Source: a virus
Taxonomy: Duplodnaviria > Heunggongvirae > Uroviricota > Caudoviricetes
DNA length: 64,000 nucleotides
Reading direction: 5' to 3' (one strand)
Virus record (IMG/VR): IMGVR_UViG_3300045988_024527
Coordinates: 29,796-93,795 of that record
Each line of letters opens with the position of its first letter. The first letter of the stretch is position 1. The notes beneath the pieces are model-generated. The model was not told where the DNA came from. It did no database searches and worked only from the letters and a program-made list of their open reading frames with translations. Shown piece by piece: positions 1-10,903 of this stretch. A program made the translations under genes and the position numbers.

Positions 1-122
1 GTACTTTCTTCAGCAATATGACCGTTGACTATTTCACTTACCTCACCTTGTAAGTCTGTACACCCACAATGTGGACAACGGATAGGTGTTCCATCAGACT
101 CATAGCAGTGTTCAATTTTCAT
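1..122 (-). CDS. hypothetical protein, partial (start codon at 122, continues past window start)
   Basis: ATG at 122-120 on minus strand immediately after stop of upstream ORF; open frame to window edge; Cys-rich N-terminus (CPHCGC). Confidence 0.4.
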   Translation of the reverse strand, partial: MKIEHCYESDGTPIRCPHCGCTDLQGEVSEIVNGHIAEES

Positions 123-638
123 CTATTTAACCTCAAAAACTGGCTCAAGAACCAATATAAAGTCTACACAGTCATCTTCTTCATCCAGAATACCATCAAA
201 GTTCTTAGGAACGAAGTCGAAGAGGCTCATAACAAAACAGTCAGAAGTGACCCTGATAGTTCCTCCCATATTCTCTACAGTCAACACTGTACGACTTTCT
301 TTCACCTCCCTCAGAAGATTACCCACAAAGTCATCTAAGAAGTACTTCATCAATGACTTAAAACCTTTAGGGTAATCTGTACCAGAGTATGTTTCAATCT
401 GAGGTACAAGCTTAACATTTATACTAGTCTTTGTTAAGAACGTTTTAGAGAACATACTATCAGGTAGCTTACAAACAGTCTTTCCAGTACCTTCATGTTC
501 AATCTCAACAAAACCAGCTTCGTCGCCACATGTAACTATTTTAAAAGATGCTTCATTCTCATACTGTGAAGTCATAAACTTTTTAAGCATCTCTTTAAGG
601 AAATCTGCATGAGCATCTTGTAAGTAGATATCAATCAT
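123..638 (-). CDS. hypothetical protein
   Basis: 171 aa ORF in tightly packed minus-strand operon. Confidence 0.55.
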   Translation of the reverse strand: MIDIYLQDAHADFLKEMLKKFMTSQYENEASFKIVTCGDEAGFVEIEHEGTGKTVCKLPDSMFSKTFLTKTSINVKLVPQIETYSGTDYPKGFKSLMKYFLDDFVGNLLREVKESRTVLTVENMGGTIRVTSDCFVMSLFDFVPKNFDGILDEEDDCVDFILVLEPVFEVK

Positions 639-651
639 AGTTAATCACCTA

Positions 652-1011
652 TTATGGGAACAAGCACTTAATGTCATCGTTTTTGAAAACAAAACTTGTG
701 TAGTTGTGACCATCAACATCCAACCAAACAGCCTGAACATCCACACCATCAAGATTCTGGTAAAGCTCTTTGATGAAGTGGTCTTTCACACTCTGACTAC
801 TGGTTGTTTCCAGTTTAATGTTCGAGATTGCTGAACCTACAGCCATGTAGCCCATGACACGTTTCTTCTCAGTATGCTTAATCTTACCATCTTTGTAAGC
901 CATAATGAGATTGGAAAGAATCTTTACACCATAATACTTTTCAAGGTGAGTAGGTACACCATAAAAACCTAATGCGAAGTTTTCAGAGTGGATAATGTTT
1001 TCACGTTTCAT
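652..1011 (-). CDS. hypothetical protein
   Basis: 119 aa ORF, same operon. Confidence 0.5.
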   Translation of the reverse strand: MKRENIIHSENFALGFYGVPTHLEKYYGVKILSNLIMAYKDGKIKHTEKKRVMGYMAVGSAISNIKLETTSSQSVKDHFIKELYQNLDGVDVQAVWLDVDGHNYTSFVFKNDDIKCLFP

Positions 1012-1012
1012 A

Positions 1013-1342
1013 TTAATCTGCCAACCTTAAATTAAAATTAACACCAAATTTTTCACATACTTCCAACATATACTCAAGGGAAACATTCCCAGTGAGGTGG
1101 ATTATGTTGGATACACGAGCCTGAGAGATACCACAAATTTTAGCAACTTGCTCTTGAGAAAGACCTCTGGATTTAATCTCTCTCTTAAAACGATGTGCAA
1201 CGAAGTCTCTCATTTCGTCTACATCCATTGGACAAATATAACTCTCCATTTCAGCCTCTCTGTCAGCCTCCCAATCATCTTGTGGGGCATAAGGGTCAAA
1301 AACCTCATTCATCTTTCTTCTTCCGTTTGCGTGAAGTGTCAA
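1013..1342 (-). CDS. putative HTH DNA-binding protein
   Basis: helix-turn-helix-like segment LSQEQVAKICGISQARVSNI. Confidence 0.45.
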   Translation of the reverse strand: MTLHANGRRKMNEVFDPYAPQDDWEADREAEMESYICPMDVDEMRDFVAHRFKREIKSRGLSQEQVAKICGISQARVSNIIHLTGNVSLEYMLEVCEKFGVNFNLRLAD

Positions 1343-1517
1343 TCAATGAATCTATGTTTGTAGCCCTAACCTTTTCACGTTCATCATTAAGATAATCATC
1401 AAGAGCCTTTTCAATCTGTGAATCATCTTGACAGATGACTGTAAAGACTGTAAAGCCGTCTGTATCATCAATTATCTTACCATAACCGCTTCTGGGATGT
1501 AACTTTTTAAGAGCCAT
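1305..1517 (-). CDS. hypothetical protein
   Basis: 70 aa ORF abutting next gene. Confidence 0.35.
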   Translation of the reverse strand: MALKKLHPRSGYGKIIDDTDGFTVFTVICQDDSQIEKALDDYLNDEREKVRATNIDSLIDTSRKRKKKDE

Positions 1518-1518
1518 A

Positions 1519-1902
1519 TCAAATACCTGTGCAGCTTCTGTTTTCTAAGAAATACTCAACACCATACATAGCTTTTTGCATCAAATCTTCTTTAAACTGG
1601 ATACGGTGGTTGAGCATCGCCTGTACATCAATATCGTCATGGTGTTTCTCTTTAATGTTTGCAGATTGCAGGAAATACTCTGCAAGAACACGATACTGAT
1701 AGTCAGTTACCTTATCAGTCATCTCTGTCAAAGATTCTTCAGAGATTGGTTTAAGTAACTCGCCTTTAGATAGCGCAACACCTTTTACAATCTGGCAAGT
1801 ATCTTCTGGAACACCTGATAAGTCCACATTTGGGAGTTCTGTTGCATTGACTGGTAAATTCATTGCCATAACCATTGCAGCAGCTAATAAAATCTTTTTC
1901 AT
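1519..1902 (-). CDS. secreted/periplasmic hypothetical protein
   Basis: N-terminal signal peptide MKKILLAAAMVMAMNLPVNA. Confidence 0.55.
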   Translation of the reverse strand: MKKILLAAAMVMAMNLPVNATELPNVDLSGVPEDTCQIVKGVALSKGELLKPISEESLTEMTDKVTDYQYRVLAEYFLQSANIKEKHHDDIDVQAMLNHRIQFKEDLMQKAMYGVEYFLENRSCTGI

Positions 1903-2289
1903 AATGACCTCAAAGTTATATTAAATCTTGTATTACGTTGAGTATAAAAATAAGCTATAACACCTGACTTGTCAACAGATTTTATAGCTTATTTGGCAGA
2001 TTTTTTATAAGGCTACTGCCATCCTTCCATACCAAGCCCTGCCGAACCGAACCATGCTTTGCCATACCGGACAATACCTGACTAGACATCACTTAAAAAT
2101 CCTCTTAGAAGACTCTTAAGTGATGTAATCGAATTTTTATGTAGTTTCGATTAACTACCCATACCAAGCCTAACCTGACCGCACCAAACTTTACAACACC
2201 ACACCATACCTGACCATAACAAACCTCATTAAAAGACCCTGTTTAAAGACCTTTTAAAAAGGAGCCTCCGAAGAGGCTACCTAGTCAAC
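1903..2289. repeat. repeat-rich intergenic region (copy 1) with hairpin and A/C-rich short repeats
   Basis: shares hairpin CATCACTTAA-N19-TTAAGTGATG, CTCATTAAAAGACCCT..TTTAAAGACCTTTTAAAAAGG and CCATACCAAGCC-type repeats with 3336-3730. Confidence 0.7.
2087..2125 (-). promoter_or_regulatory. conserved stem-loop (10 bp perfect inverted repeat)
   Basis: catcacttaa...ttaagtgatg; near-identical copy at 3627-3665. Confidence 0.6.
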
Positions 2290-2730
2290 TTAGAAAGGTT
2301 TTCTACGTTGCTTGTTAATGTTAGCTTTCATAGCAGCTAAATGGTTTTGCTGTTCAATCAGTCGTGAACGTTCTTGATGACTAAGTGCCATAGTGTTCAC
2401 ATTCTCAATTGCTTGAGTGGCTTGTTTTAAAGCACGACCAATCTTACCAGACATTTTACGTTTTGCAATAGTTGCTTGATGTTTAGGTTCAACCACACGA
2501 TAACCAACACCCATTGAAGCAACCAGATAAATCTTCTCTTCTTTAAGAAGTTTCTCAATAAACTTCTCAAGTCGGTTTAGACGTGTAAGTGCATAAGCCT
2601 TCATTTCATCTTCGTACTTAACAATGTCACCTTGATAAGTTGGCTTCACAATACCTAAGAAGGTGTCCATCTCAGAATGTGATACAGTGTCACCGTAACT
2701 AAACTTTGCTGCTAATGCTTTTGTATTCAT
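2290..2730 (-). CDS. hypothetical protein
   Basis: 146 aa ORF. Confidence 0.5.
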   Translation of the reverse strand: MNTKALAAKFSYGDTVSHSEMDTFLGIVKPTYQGDIVKYEDEMKAYALTRLNRLEKFIEKLLKEEKIYLVASMGVGYRVVEPKHQATIAKRKMSGKIGRALKQATQAIENVNTMALSHQERSRLIEQQNHLAAMKANINKQRRKPF

Positions 2731-2732
2731 AA

Positions 2733-3730
<998 letters not shown>

Positions 3731-4831
3731 TTATTCGTAATCCCTAATAACTAGTCCAACAGGAAACTGTAAAGAACCCTTACGAGTCATCTTCTGGAAC
3801 TGAACAGTTAGAGGTTTCCCGATAAACTCTTCAGGATGTTCAGCAAGATACTGTTTCTTCTCATGAGTGGTCTTCCATGAGACATCTACAAAGACGTTAG
3901 GAAGAGTCTCTACAACGAACTTGCCATGACCACGTTTATCGGTCTTTACACCAGTAACTTTAAACTCTTCAGTGTGCATCTTCTTATGCTTAATCAAGAA
4001 GTATGAACGGTGACCACACTCGTAGAAAGATTCTTCAGAGATTGAGCGGTACATTGCACCTTCAAACTTAGCTTCAACCCACTTATCATGGGCTTCATCA
4101 AATTCTTCCCAAGAATTTACACGGATAGTCTGTACAGGAACCACTCGACAGGTATCCCCAAGCTCAACAATAGGTGAACTATCAATAACTTCACGACGCT
4201 CAGGCCAAGATTTTGAATTGTCACAGATATCATACCAGTAGAATTTAAGAAGGTGACGGTCTGGATTGTCAGCATTCTTAATCATAGATACAATATCTTC
4301 TAAGTCCCAACCATGAGCATAAATCTCGCCATCAAAGTCTTCAACTTGCGGGTGTAATTTAAGCAACAAAAGCAAATCTGGGATTAGTTCTGCTGGAACG
4401 TTGTAAACAGTATTCTCACGAGAATAAGCCGTAAAACTAACTGAATCAACATCTCTTGAAATTCTACAACGTACACCATCCAGTTTTGGTTGAGCATCAG
4501 CAGGAAATATCAAATACTTTGCATGACTAACCTTTGCAGCATCATGAGCAAGCTGTACACCTACCTTCTCAGTATTCTGTGCAGACTCTTTTGTGTAAGC
4601 ATAACCTTTACGGTCAACTTGCTTTTTATACTTAGCAGCAACTTCAAAGAGAGCTTGCTGTTCAGCATTACGCTCATTCTTTTTACCGATGTTTTTAGGT
4701 TCTGCTGTATACTCTTCAAACATCATCTTGCCATTTTCTTTACCGTAGGTTGTAATAACTTTGTTACCTATAGCACCACATGACCAGATGTTGAAGGAAC
4801 CGTCTTTATTTTGTTTGTACAGTGTTGTCAT
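3731..4831 (-). CDS. ATP-dependent DNA ligase
   Basis: nucleotidyltransferase motif I KLDGVR (lysine adenylation site); size and layout like T7-type ligases; start probably at MTTLYKQ. Confidence 0.75.
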   Translation of the reverse strand: MTTLYKQNKDGSFNIWSCGAIGNKVITTYGKENGKMMFEEYTAEPKNIGKKNERNAEQQALFEVAAKYKKQVDRKGYAYTKESAQNTEKVGVQLAHDAAKVSHAKYLIFPADAQPKLDGVRCRISRDVDSVSFTAYSRENTVYNVPAELIPDLLLLLKLHPQVEDFDGEIYAHGWDLEDIVSMIKNADNPDRHLLKFYWYDICDNSKSWPERREVIDSSPIVELGDTCRVVPVQTIRVNSWEEFDEAHDKWVEAKFEGAMYRSISEESFYECGHRSYFLIKHKKMHTEEFKVTGVKTDKRGHGKFVVETLPNVFVDVSWKTTHEKKQYLAEHPEEFIGKPLTVQFQKMTRKGSLQFPVGLVIRDYE

Positions 4832-5024
4832 TTTTAACCTCTGAGTGATACCAAGTATTGCAAGCATTACATGCGTAAAGCTCTAAGTCATTTTTATCTG
4901 GTTTGTGGAAACAGTTTGACCCACAACGACACCGGAATAACTTACCATCAACACGAAGAATGAATGTTTCAAGCTCACCATCTTCTGTAAGAACTGCGTT
5001 CTTAAATTTATCTTCTACAGTCAT
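4806..5024 (-). CDS. small zinc-ribbon protein
   Basis: CRCGSNC...CNACN cysteine pairs. Confidence 0.4.
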   Translation of the reverse strand: MTVEDKFKNAVLTEDGELETFILRVDGKLFRCRCGSNCFHKPDKNDLELYACNACNTWYHSEVKNDNTVQTK

Positions 5025-5227
5025 TTTCTCTTACCACCAATCTCTACGTCAATAACTTGAACATCGCCAGCAACATCAAACTTATGAATGATGCTTTCAA
5101 CAGTGTAAGTCCAACCATCAATACGAACCAACTCACCTTCTCGTGGGACGATTGGGTTACGTTGGGCTACCGTTGTAGTGGAGTGAACAGTATCATAACA
5201 GTAGATGTAGTTTACTAGAACTTGCAT
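5021..5227 (-). CDS. hypothetical protein
   Basis: 68 aa ORF, overlapping stop/start. Confidence 0.4.
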   Translation of the reverse strand: MQVLVNYIYCYDTVHSTTTVAQRNPIVPREGELVRIDGWTYTVESIIHKFDVAGDVQVIDVEIGGKRK

Positions 5228-5236
5228 ATCTTCACC

Positions 5237-5491
5237 TTAAAAGAATAAGTCAGATGCTTTTGGGTTGGTTAAACTAATGCAGTTTTGAAGCATAGCTTCA
5301 TTGTATCCCTCTTGGCAAACTGCGTAGAGTTTATCGAAAGTTTCTTTTGATACTGGGGAGGCTGATAACTCTTGGCATACACTAAGATACCATTCGTAAT
5401 CTAAGCCTCTGCTCCAAGCGTCAGCGATTAGTACTGTAGCTTTGTCTTTGCTTCTGATAACTTCATCAGACTTTTCAATTTTACTGTTCAC
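5237..5491 (-). CDS. hypothetical protein
   Basis: 84 aa ORF. Confidence 0.4.
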   Translation of the reverse strand: MNSKIEKSDEVIRSKDKATVLIADAWSRGLDYEWYLSVCQELSASPVSKETFDKLYAVCQEGYNEAMLQNCISLTNPKASDLFF

Positions 5492-5653
5492 GATGCTCTA
5501 CCTCTCTGTACGTTCGTCGATAGTCTATAATAAGTTGTGCTAATTCGTTGCTTTTAACATTCGAACGTAGCAGTTGCCAATCAAAACCTTTACCGACTCT
5601 TCCATATAAACTAAATAATTTTACTTTGCGTTTCATTTTGGTATCCCCAATAC

Positions 5654-5881
5654 TCAGAGGTCAATGCTAATACGTTCACCCTTAAGGACTCCAGTACGGT
5701 CTCTTGCAATCTTACCGTCAACAATAAGGATGTGTGCAGACCTTAAAGAGTCACCATTAAAAGTTTTTACGAACTTACTAGGCATCACTACAATGGACAT
5801 CTCCTGAATCAACTCTGGAGTATAGCAATTGTCGTGAAGTTGCTGAATAACGTCTGCAAGTGTCATTTTTGATGTCTCCAA
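5654..5881 (-). CDS. hypothetical protein
   Basis: 75 aa ORF. Confidence 0.4.
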   Translation of the reverse strand: METSKMTLADVIQQLHDNCYTPELIQEMSIVVMPSKFVKTFNGDSLRSAHILIVDGKIARDRTGVLKGERISIDL

Positions 5882-6072
5882 TACTCAATGTCAATAAGTT
5901 CTTGTGCAATGCTTTTTAGATTACCTTTCAAGAAAACCTTCTCAGAACCTGAAAGAGATGAATTGTCAATTAACCTGCTCATCCTCTCAAACAACTTCTG
6001 TTTACGGTTCTTGATAGTTTCCTTTGAAGCACCTTTCATCATCGCTGCATGGGTTCTTCCACGGTGGCTCAT
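5863..6072 (-). CDS. hypothetical protein
   Basis: 69 aa basic ORF. Confidence 0.35.
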   Translation of the reverse strand: MSHRGRTHAAMMKGASKETIKNRKQKLFERMSRLIDNSSLSGSEKVFLKGNLKSIAQELIDIEYWRHQK

Positions 6073-6123
6073 AAGCCCTCCTATACAAGATATAGTATAA
6101 GGTACTCTTCCCTGAGCACCTTG

Positions 6124-6657
6124 TCAACTTAGTTTTGCAAACTCTCCGTGGAGTTTAATAGCAGCTTCACAGTAAGCTTTATAGGCTTCTTCAGGTGTGT
6201 CATGGTGACCTAAAAACATCTTCTTACCTTTATAACTTATCTGTGCGACCCACTTACCGGACTTCTTCTTAAGACTTACACCCTTGTACCCAGATTTATT
6301 GGTGACTGGTTTACCTTTATTCCAAGCACTTTGAAAATCATCTGCTTCCCTTAAGTTTACAATCCTGTTGTCAAGCGAGTCTCCGTTGATATGGTCAATG
6401 ATACCTTTTGGCATCTTGCCATACACGTAAAGCCATGCGAGTCTGTGTGCTTTATGTGCTTTCTTGTCAAAATAGATACTAATCTGTTTATGACCACTTG
6501 AATCAGTCTGGATATTACCTGCCACCTTTCCTGCATAATTACTGTTAAAAACACTAACAGCTCTTGATTTACCTTCTCTACGAAGCCAAGTAAAGACCCC
6601 TGTTTCGGGGTCATAGTGCAGCAGCTCCTTTAAACGTTTTTGTAAAATTAAATCCAT
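6124..6657 (-). CDS. HNH homing endonuclease with AP2 DNA-binding domain
   Basis: YDPETGVFTW N-terminus, HNH core AHRLAWLY..IDHINGDSLDNRIVNLRE, AP2-like GYKGVS..KWVAQI; paralogs at 16217 and 29784. Confidence 0.8.
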   Translation of the reverse strand: MDLILQKRLKELLHYDPETGVFTWLRREGKSRAVSVFNSNYAGKVAGNIQTDSSGHKQISIYFDKKAHKAHRLAWLYVYGKMPKGIIDHINGDSLDNRIVNLREADDFQSAWNKGKPVTNKSGYKGVSLKKKSGKWVAQISYKGKKMFLGHHDTPEEAYKAYCEAAIKLHGEFAKLS

Positions 6658-6660
6658 TAA

Positions 6661-9390
6661 TCAATGTACCTCATACCAGCTCTTACCAACCTTTGCTGTA
6701 CCAGTTACAAGTGTTTCTTTCCTCAAACCTAAGTTTTTTGAAGCTTGTCCATACATCCAGTCAGCAATTGCTTTCATATCCTGTGTCATACCCTCTGGAC
6801 ATTCCCAACTATTTTCATCGTGATATGCCAGAAGTAACCTTGCTCCGATAGCTGGTTTTCGAGCATTCAGTTTTGTCAGGCCATCTTCACAGGCTTTTCT
6901 TGCTGCTAGGTTGATGGCCTCATTCTGAATCTGTGCTTCCGAACTCATCAGGAGGTAGTTCAGTAGTTTATGTGGAGATTTGCACCATATCCATGCTCCA
7001 GCGACCCTGATATAACCACCTTTAGCAATTGAAGAATTCTTCCCAAAAACCTCTTCCAGAGCCTTTTTAGACGCCTTAAAATCGGCTTCTAAGCTATCAA
7101 GTAACTTCTTAATCTTTGGCAGACGCATATAGTAAGTTTGTTTAGTCAATGCACCTTCTTCCGTAGATGATGCCTTGATAGTTTTTGCAAACTTCTCGTC
7201 TCCGGCTCCAAATAACAGGGCGTAGATGCCATTTTTGCTCTTCTTACGGCCTTTTGTAATCTCGTGAAGAAGTTCCTCATCCTGTGTCTCCCTACAACGA
7301 ACAATATCTTCTTCCTTGTTCAGACCAAAGTAAATACTGTTCAGTGTATGCGCATCAGTCCCTGTGTAGACTTCATAGAGGTCGTTCTCAGCATCATAAC
7401 GAAGATACTTGTCAGTTTCTGGATTAAGATACTTATTGAGATGCTTGCAATAGTATCTGCCATCCTCTTGCTTAGTGAACTCTACCGACTCTTTACCCTC
7501 AGTTACTGCTTTAGTGAAGTCTTCATCACCCATAAAGTTACAAAGAAGAACTAGCTGTGCAGAGTTCTGGTCAACTGAAACAATGTTAGTCCCTTCCTCA
7601 CAAATCCAAACCTCCCTCATAGGTGCTCCATAGACAGCAGCACCAGACGGTACGTTTACAATACCATATTGTGTCATACGTCCAGTTGAAGTACCAAACA
7701 CCATTGCACCAGCACTAAGGCGACCATCTGGACGAATCTGGTTCAACCAACCTTTTTCATCATCCTTTGAGTTCTCAATAGTTCTGCGTCTGTGCATCAA
7801 AGTATAGTACTTAGCAATCTTCTGTCCAAGCTCACCTTCAATCGTATCATAAGATGATTCAGTAAGTTTTGGTGAAGTACGGATTAAGCAAGGTTCAAGC
7901 AAATCTGTGTACTTCTTCACAGACCAGTTATGCTCAATGTACTGTACACCTTCATGTTCAACATAACTCAAACCACACCGCTCGACCATTTCCTGCCACT
8001 TAGGATGCTTTGTAATCATCTTTTTATTGTCTTTGAAACGACAAACTTTGACAGGGCGACCATCTGAGTCTTTCTTGTAGTTCCAGTCATCTGGAATCCA
8101 ACCAACTGATTTCAAGTAGTCTTTAACAACTGCTACCTGAGTCATACGAGAAACTTCAAACTCAATTGGTGTATATGGTGCATCAATCAAACCTGTGTAG
8201 CGACTTGACTCAAGTTCAAAGTGGTTAACAACATGGCTGTTATAGTACTTCACAGTTTTGACTGTTTTTACTGGCTTCCAGTCTTTGCATTTCTTACCAA
8301 TCTTTGCATTCAACTCATTGCAAATTGCACGAGCATCCTTCATTGCTACAAAGCCTTCCTTGTACTCTTCACCAGTTACAGAGTTGGTTGGTGTATAGCA
8401 ATTTCTCTTTTCAATGTTAAAAATCTTTGTAGTTGGCTTACCAAATGGTTTGATTTCGTATGTCTGCATCTCGCCATTACGTACCTGCTGACGATACTTT
8501 GTCTTAGGGTACTTGGTAATTCTTTTCAGTCCATCTGCATGACCAAATGTTTCAACATACTCATTCCAAGCTTTTGCAAACTCTTCTCCAGTGACTTTAC
8601 CTTTGGTCTTAATAGTTGGAGGAAGATGTGGTTCAACCTCTGAAGCAAGCTCATTAGTCAATTTGTCAAGTTCCTTCACATGGAACTCCATAAGCTCTTT
8701 ATCAGCTTTCCAGCCATTGATAGCTTGTTGACTCATCCAGAAAGATGTTTCTTTAGCTCGCATATAGGTTTCATAAGTATCTATGCCACACTTCTTAAGC
8801 TTGAGATACTCATTATCAAGTGCCCGTTTAGCTTTGGCGTTAATACGGATGTCTTCTACAACACGAGTGAAGATTTCTGCATTCCATACACCCCAATGCT
8901 CAATCTCTGGTTTACGAACACCAACACGAGCACCCCATGCAGCCAAACCATGAGCACCTTTATAACCCTTCGGAGTTGGTCTATCCATCCACTGAACACG
9001 AGACTGGATAAGAGAATCCTGAAAGAAATTACTCCACGGTTTACACTTTGGATTATCAAAGTTCCATAAATCAGGTGCAATGTGATTGAAAACCCACCAG
9101 TCATAACCGAGGCCGTTATGGATACAAAGTCGTTTTGCCTTTAACGCAAACTCAACACCTTCACGTAAACTACCCTTAATGTACTTGGTATACTTGTGAC
9201 CGAGGATAGGCTCATCTGTAAAGACCCATACAGGTGGCTCTTCATCGTCAGATTTATAGTCTGCGAAAGCCATTACGTGCACTTTAGTGAACTCAAGGAG
9301 TAAACCATCAGTTTCTGTATCACCAACTAAATGTAAGTTTTTAAAATCTACGTTTTCCATTTTTACTCCCTCTAAAATCATTAACCTCAT
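6661..9390 (-). CDS. DNA polymerase, family A, with 3'-5' proofreading exonuclease
   Basis: Exo I motif VGDTETDGLL; Pol motif C YHDE; motif B-like KKSKNGIYALLFGAG; 909 aa. Confidence 0.9.
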   Translation of the reverse strand: MRLMILEGVKMENVDFKNLHLVGDTETDGLLLEFTKVHVMAFADYKSDDEEPPVWVFTDEPILGHKYTKYIKGSLREGVEFALKAKRLCIHNGLGYDWWVFNHIAPDLWNFDNPKCKPWSNFFQDSLIQSRVQWMDRPTPKGYKGAHGLAAWGARVGVRKPEIEHWGVWNAEIFTRVVEDIRINAKAKRALDNEYLKLKKCGIDTYETYMRAKETSFWMSQQAINGWKADKELMEFHVKELDKLTNELASEVEPHLPPTIKTKGKVTGEEFAKAWNEYVETFGHADGLKRITKYPKTKYRQQVRNGEMQTYEIKPFGKPTTKIFNIEKRNCYTPTNSVTGEEYKEGFVAMKDARAICNELNAKIGKKCKDWKPVKTVKTVKYYNSHVVNHFELESSRYTGLIDAPYTPIEFEVSRMTQVAVVKDYLKSVGWIPDDWNYKKDSDGRPVKVCRFKDNKKMITKHPKWQEMVERCGLSYVEHEGVQYIEHNWSVKKYTDLLEPCLIRTSPKLTESSYDTIEGELGQKIAKYYTLMHRRRTIENSKDDEKGWLNQIRPDGRLSAGAMVFGTSTGRMTQYGIVNVPSGAAVYGAPMREVWICEEGTNIVSVDQNSAQLVLLCNFMGDEDFTKAVTEGKESVEFTKQEDGRYYCKHLNKYLNPETDKYLRYDAENDLYEVYTGTDAHTLNSIYFGLNKEEDIVRCRETQDEELLHEITKGRKKSKNGIYALLFGAGDEKFAKTIKASSTEEGALTKQTYYMRLPKIKKLLDSLEADFKASKKALEEVFGKNSSIAKGGYIRVAGAWIWCKSPHKLLNYLLMSSEAQIQNEAINLAARKACEDGLTKLNARKPAIGARLLLAYHDENSWECPEGMTQDMKAIADWMYGQASKNLGLRKETLVTGTAKVGKSWYEVH

Positions 9391-9430
9391 ACATTACTGC
9401 AAAAAATTATAAAAAGCAAGTTGACAATGC

Positions 9431-9443
9431 ACTTGACAAGGTG
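9431..9443 (+). promoter_or_regulatory. conserved 13-mer ACTTGACAAGGTG (promoter-associated motif)
   Basis: same 12-13-mer at 25920-25931 and 55230-55242, each at the start of a plus-strand gene block; tandem TTGACA boxes. Confidence 0.45.
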
Positions 9444-9617
9444 TTAATCTTTGCGAAGTGGGTTTTTACTTAAAAGGTTACTTAACAGTTTAACTATACA
9501 GATACTTTAAAACTCTTAAAAGATTATTTAATAGCTTTTAAAAAGCTTTAAAGTATAACGTATAGAATACGTTAAGATAAAAGATTAAAACTTAATAGTT
9601 ACTTAAAAGAGGCTTAC

Positions 9618-10040
9618 ATGCAGAAAATGTTTGTTCACCCAGACATAGCTGACTTTGTTAGAGCTTTGCAGAAGTTGGAAGAACTTGACATTGCTGCTCA
9701 ACGGGAATATGCTCACCATCACAGGAGGATGGTTGATATACAACATGAAATAGAGTTGTCTGAAAACTATGAAGATGACTTAAAATGCTCTGTATTTGAG
9801 CATATGAAAGATGTTGCTACAGCGAGACGCAAAGCTAAAGACACAGTTGCTTTACTAGATTCTCTTAAAAAGAGGTTGCAAAGTGGTACAGACCTGTGTA
9901 ATCTAGCGTCACTGATTAACGATGTTGAAACTTCTTGGGATAGGCACTATTATCCACGTTCTGAAAAGACACTTGACTTTTCTTCATCCGAAAACTTAAA
10001 ATGTTCTAGAAAGAAACTTAACCAACTGAGAGAGAAATAA
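9618..10040 (+). CDS. hypothetical protein
   Basis: 140 aa ORF with RBS. Confidence 0.5.
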   Translation: MQKMFVHPDIADFVRALQKLEELDIAAQREYAHHHRRMVDIQHEIELSENYEDDLKCSVFEHMKDVATARRKAKDTVALLDSLKKRLQSGTDLCNLASLINDVETSWDRHYYPRSEKTLDFSSSENLKCSRKKLNQLREK

Positions 10041-10041
10041 T

Positions 10042-10842
10042 ATGAATATCGATGTAGAAAAGATGCTTGAAGAGAAAGGTGTTGATGAAGCATTCTTAAT
10101 CAATGCCGTAGAAAGCATGGCTATGATTCTTCGTGGGAACAACTACACAGAACAGTTTATGCCTGCAAGCTACAACTTGCCTGAAGACAAGTCTGATAAC
10201 GGTGCTTTTGCAGAACAGGTTAATATGATGTTGACAGACACTACACTTGCTCTGGCATCTATTGCGGTTGGTGTTGATGCACTTGCTGAGTTCATTTTTT
10301 ATGAAATGCAAAAGAATGACTATATCAGGATGTCAGACGAAGATAAGGAACTGTTGCTGACTAAGGACGCTGATTTCATTATTGATACGCTTATCTCATC
10401 AACGAGTGCTGTAATGGCTGCTCTTGAGAAGCGAATGGAAGAGAAGTTGTCACGATATGAAAAACTTGATTGGGGTGTAGAAGAACTAAGCCCACGAATC
10501 AAAGAGATTATACAGCAAACTAAAGATTCTTTGGAAGAAGCTGTTGAAAATGACTCTGTAGCTGATATAGAACCACTTCAGGTGAAAGTTGCACTGATGA
10601 TTCCAGCTATCTCTACGATGATGAATATCGTTGCACTAATCCAGCTTTCACAGATGATGGGTGTGAGTATGGAGTTCATTGAGGAAATGACTGGTGGTGT
10701 TAGTATGCAAGCAATCAATGATGTTTTGGTGAACATTGGTGCTTCAATCATTGAAGAGAAACTACGCATTAACTTCGGTGATGATTTTGTGAAGCAAATC
10801 TCAGCTATGGCTGAAAAAGAGTATGCTGACCAACTGCACTAA
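10042..10842 (+). CDS. hypothetical protein
   Basis: 266 aa ORF. Confidence 0.5.
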   Translation: MNIDVEKMLEEKGVDEAFLINAVESMAMILRGNNYTEQFMPASYNLPEDKSDNGAFAEQVNMMLTDTTLALASIAVGVDALAEFIFYEMQKNDYIRMSDEDKELLLTKDADFIIDTLISSTSAVMAALEKRMEEKLSRYEKLDWGVEELSPRIKEIIQQTKDSLEEAVENDSVADIEPLQVKVALMIPAISTMMNIVALIQLSQMMGVSMEFIEEMTGGVSMQAINDVLVNIGASIIEEKLRINFGDDFVKQISAMAEKEYADQLH

Positions 10843-10903
10843 GTCTTTATAAATCTTACAAGCCTCCTTAGTTGGGGGCTTTTTAGTAATTAATGGAGAT
10901 AAA

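Noticed and set aside
1097-1395. Plus-strand ORFs 1097-1363 and 1195-1395
   Set aside because: Antisense to the minus-strand operon genes 1013-1342 and 1305-1517.
7264-9104. ORFs 7264-7554, 8221-8643, 8680-9069 (+) and 8856-9104 (-) inside the DNA polymerase gene
   Set aside because: Antisense or alternate-frame ORFs within a well-supported 909 aa polymerase CDS; low-complexity hydrophobic translations.
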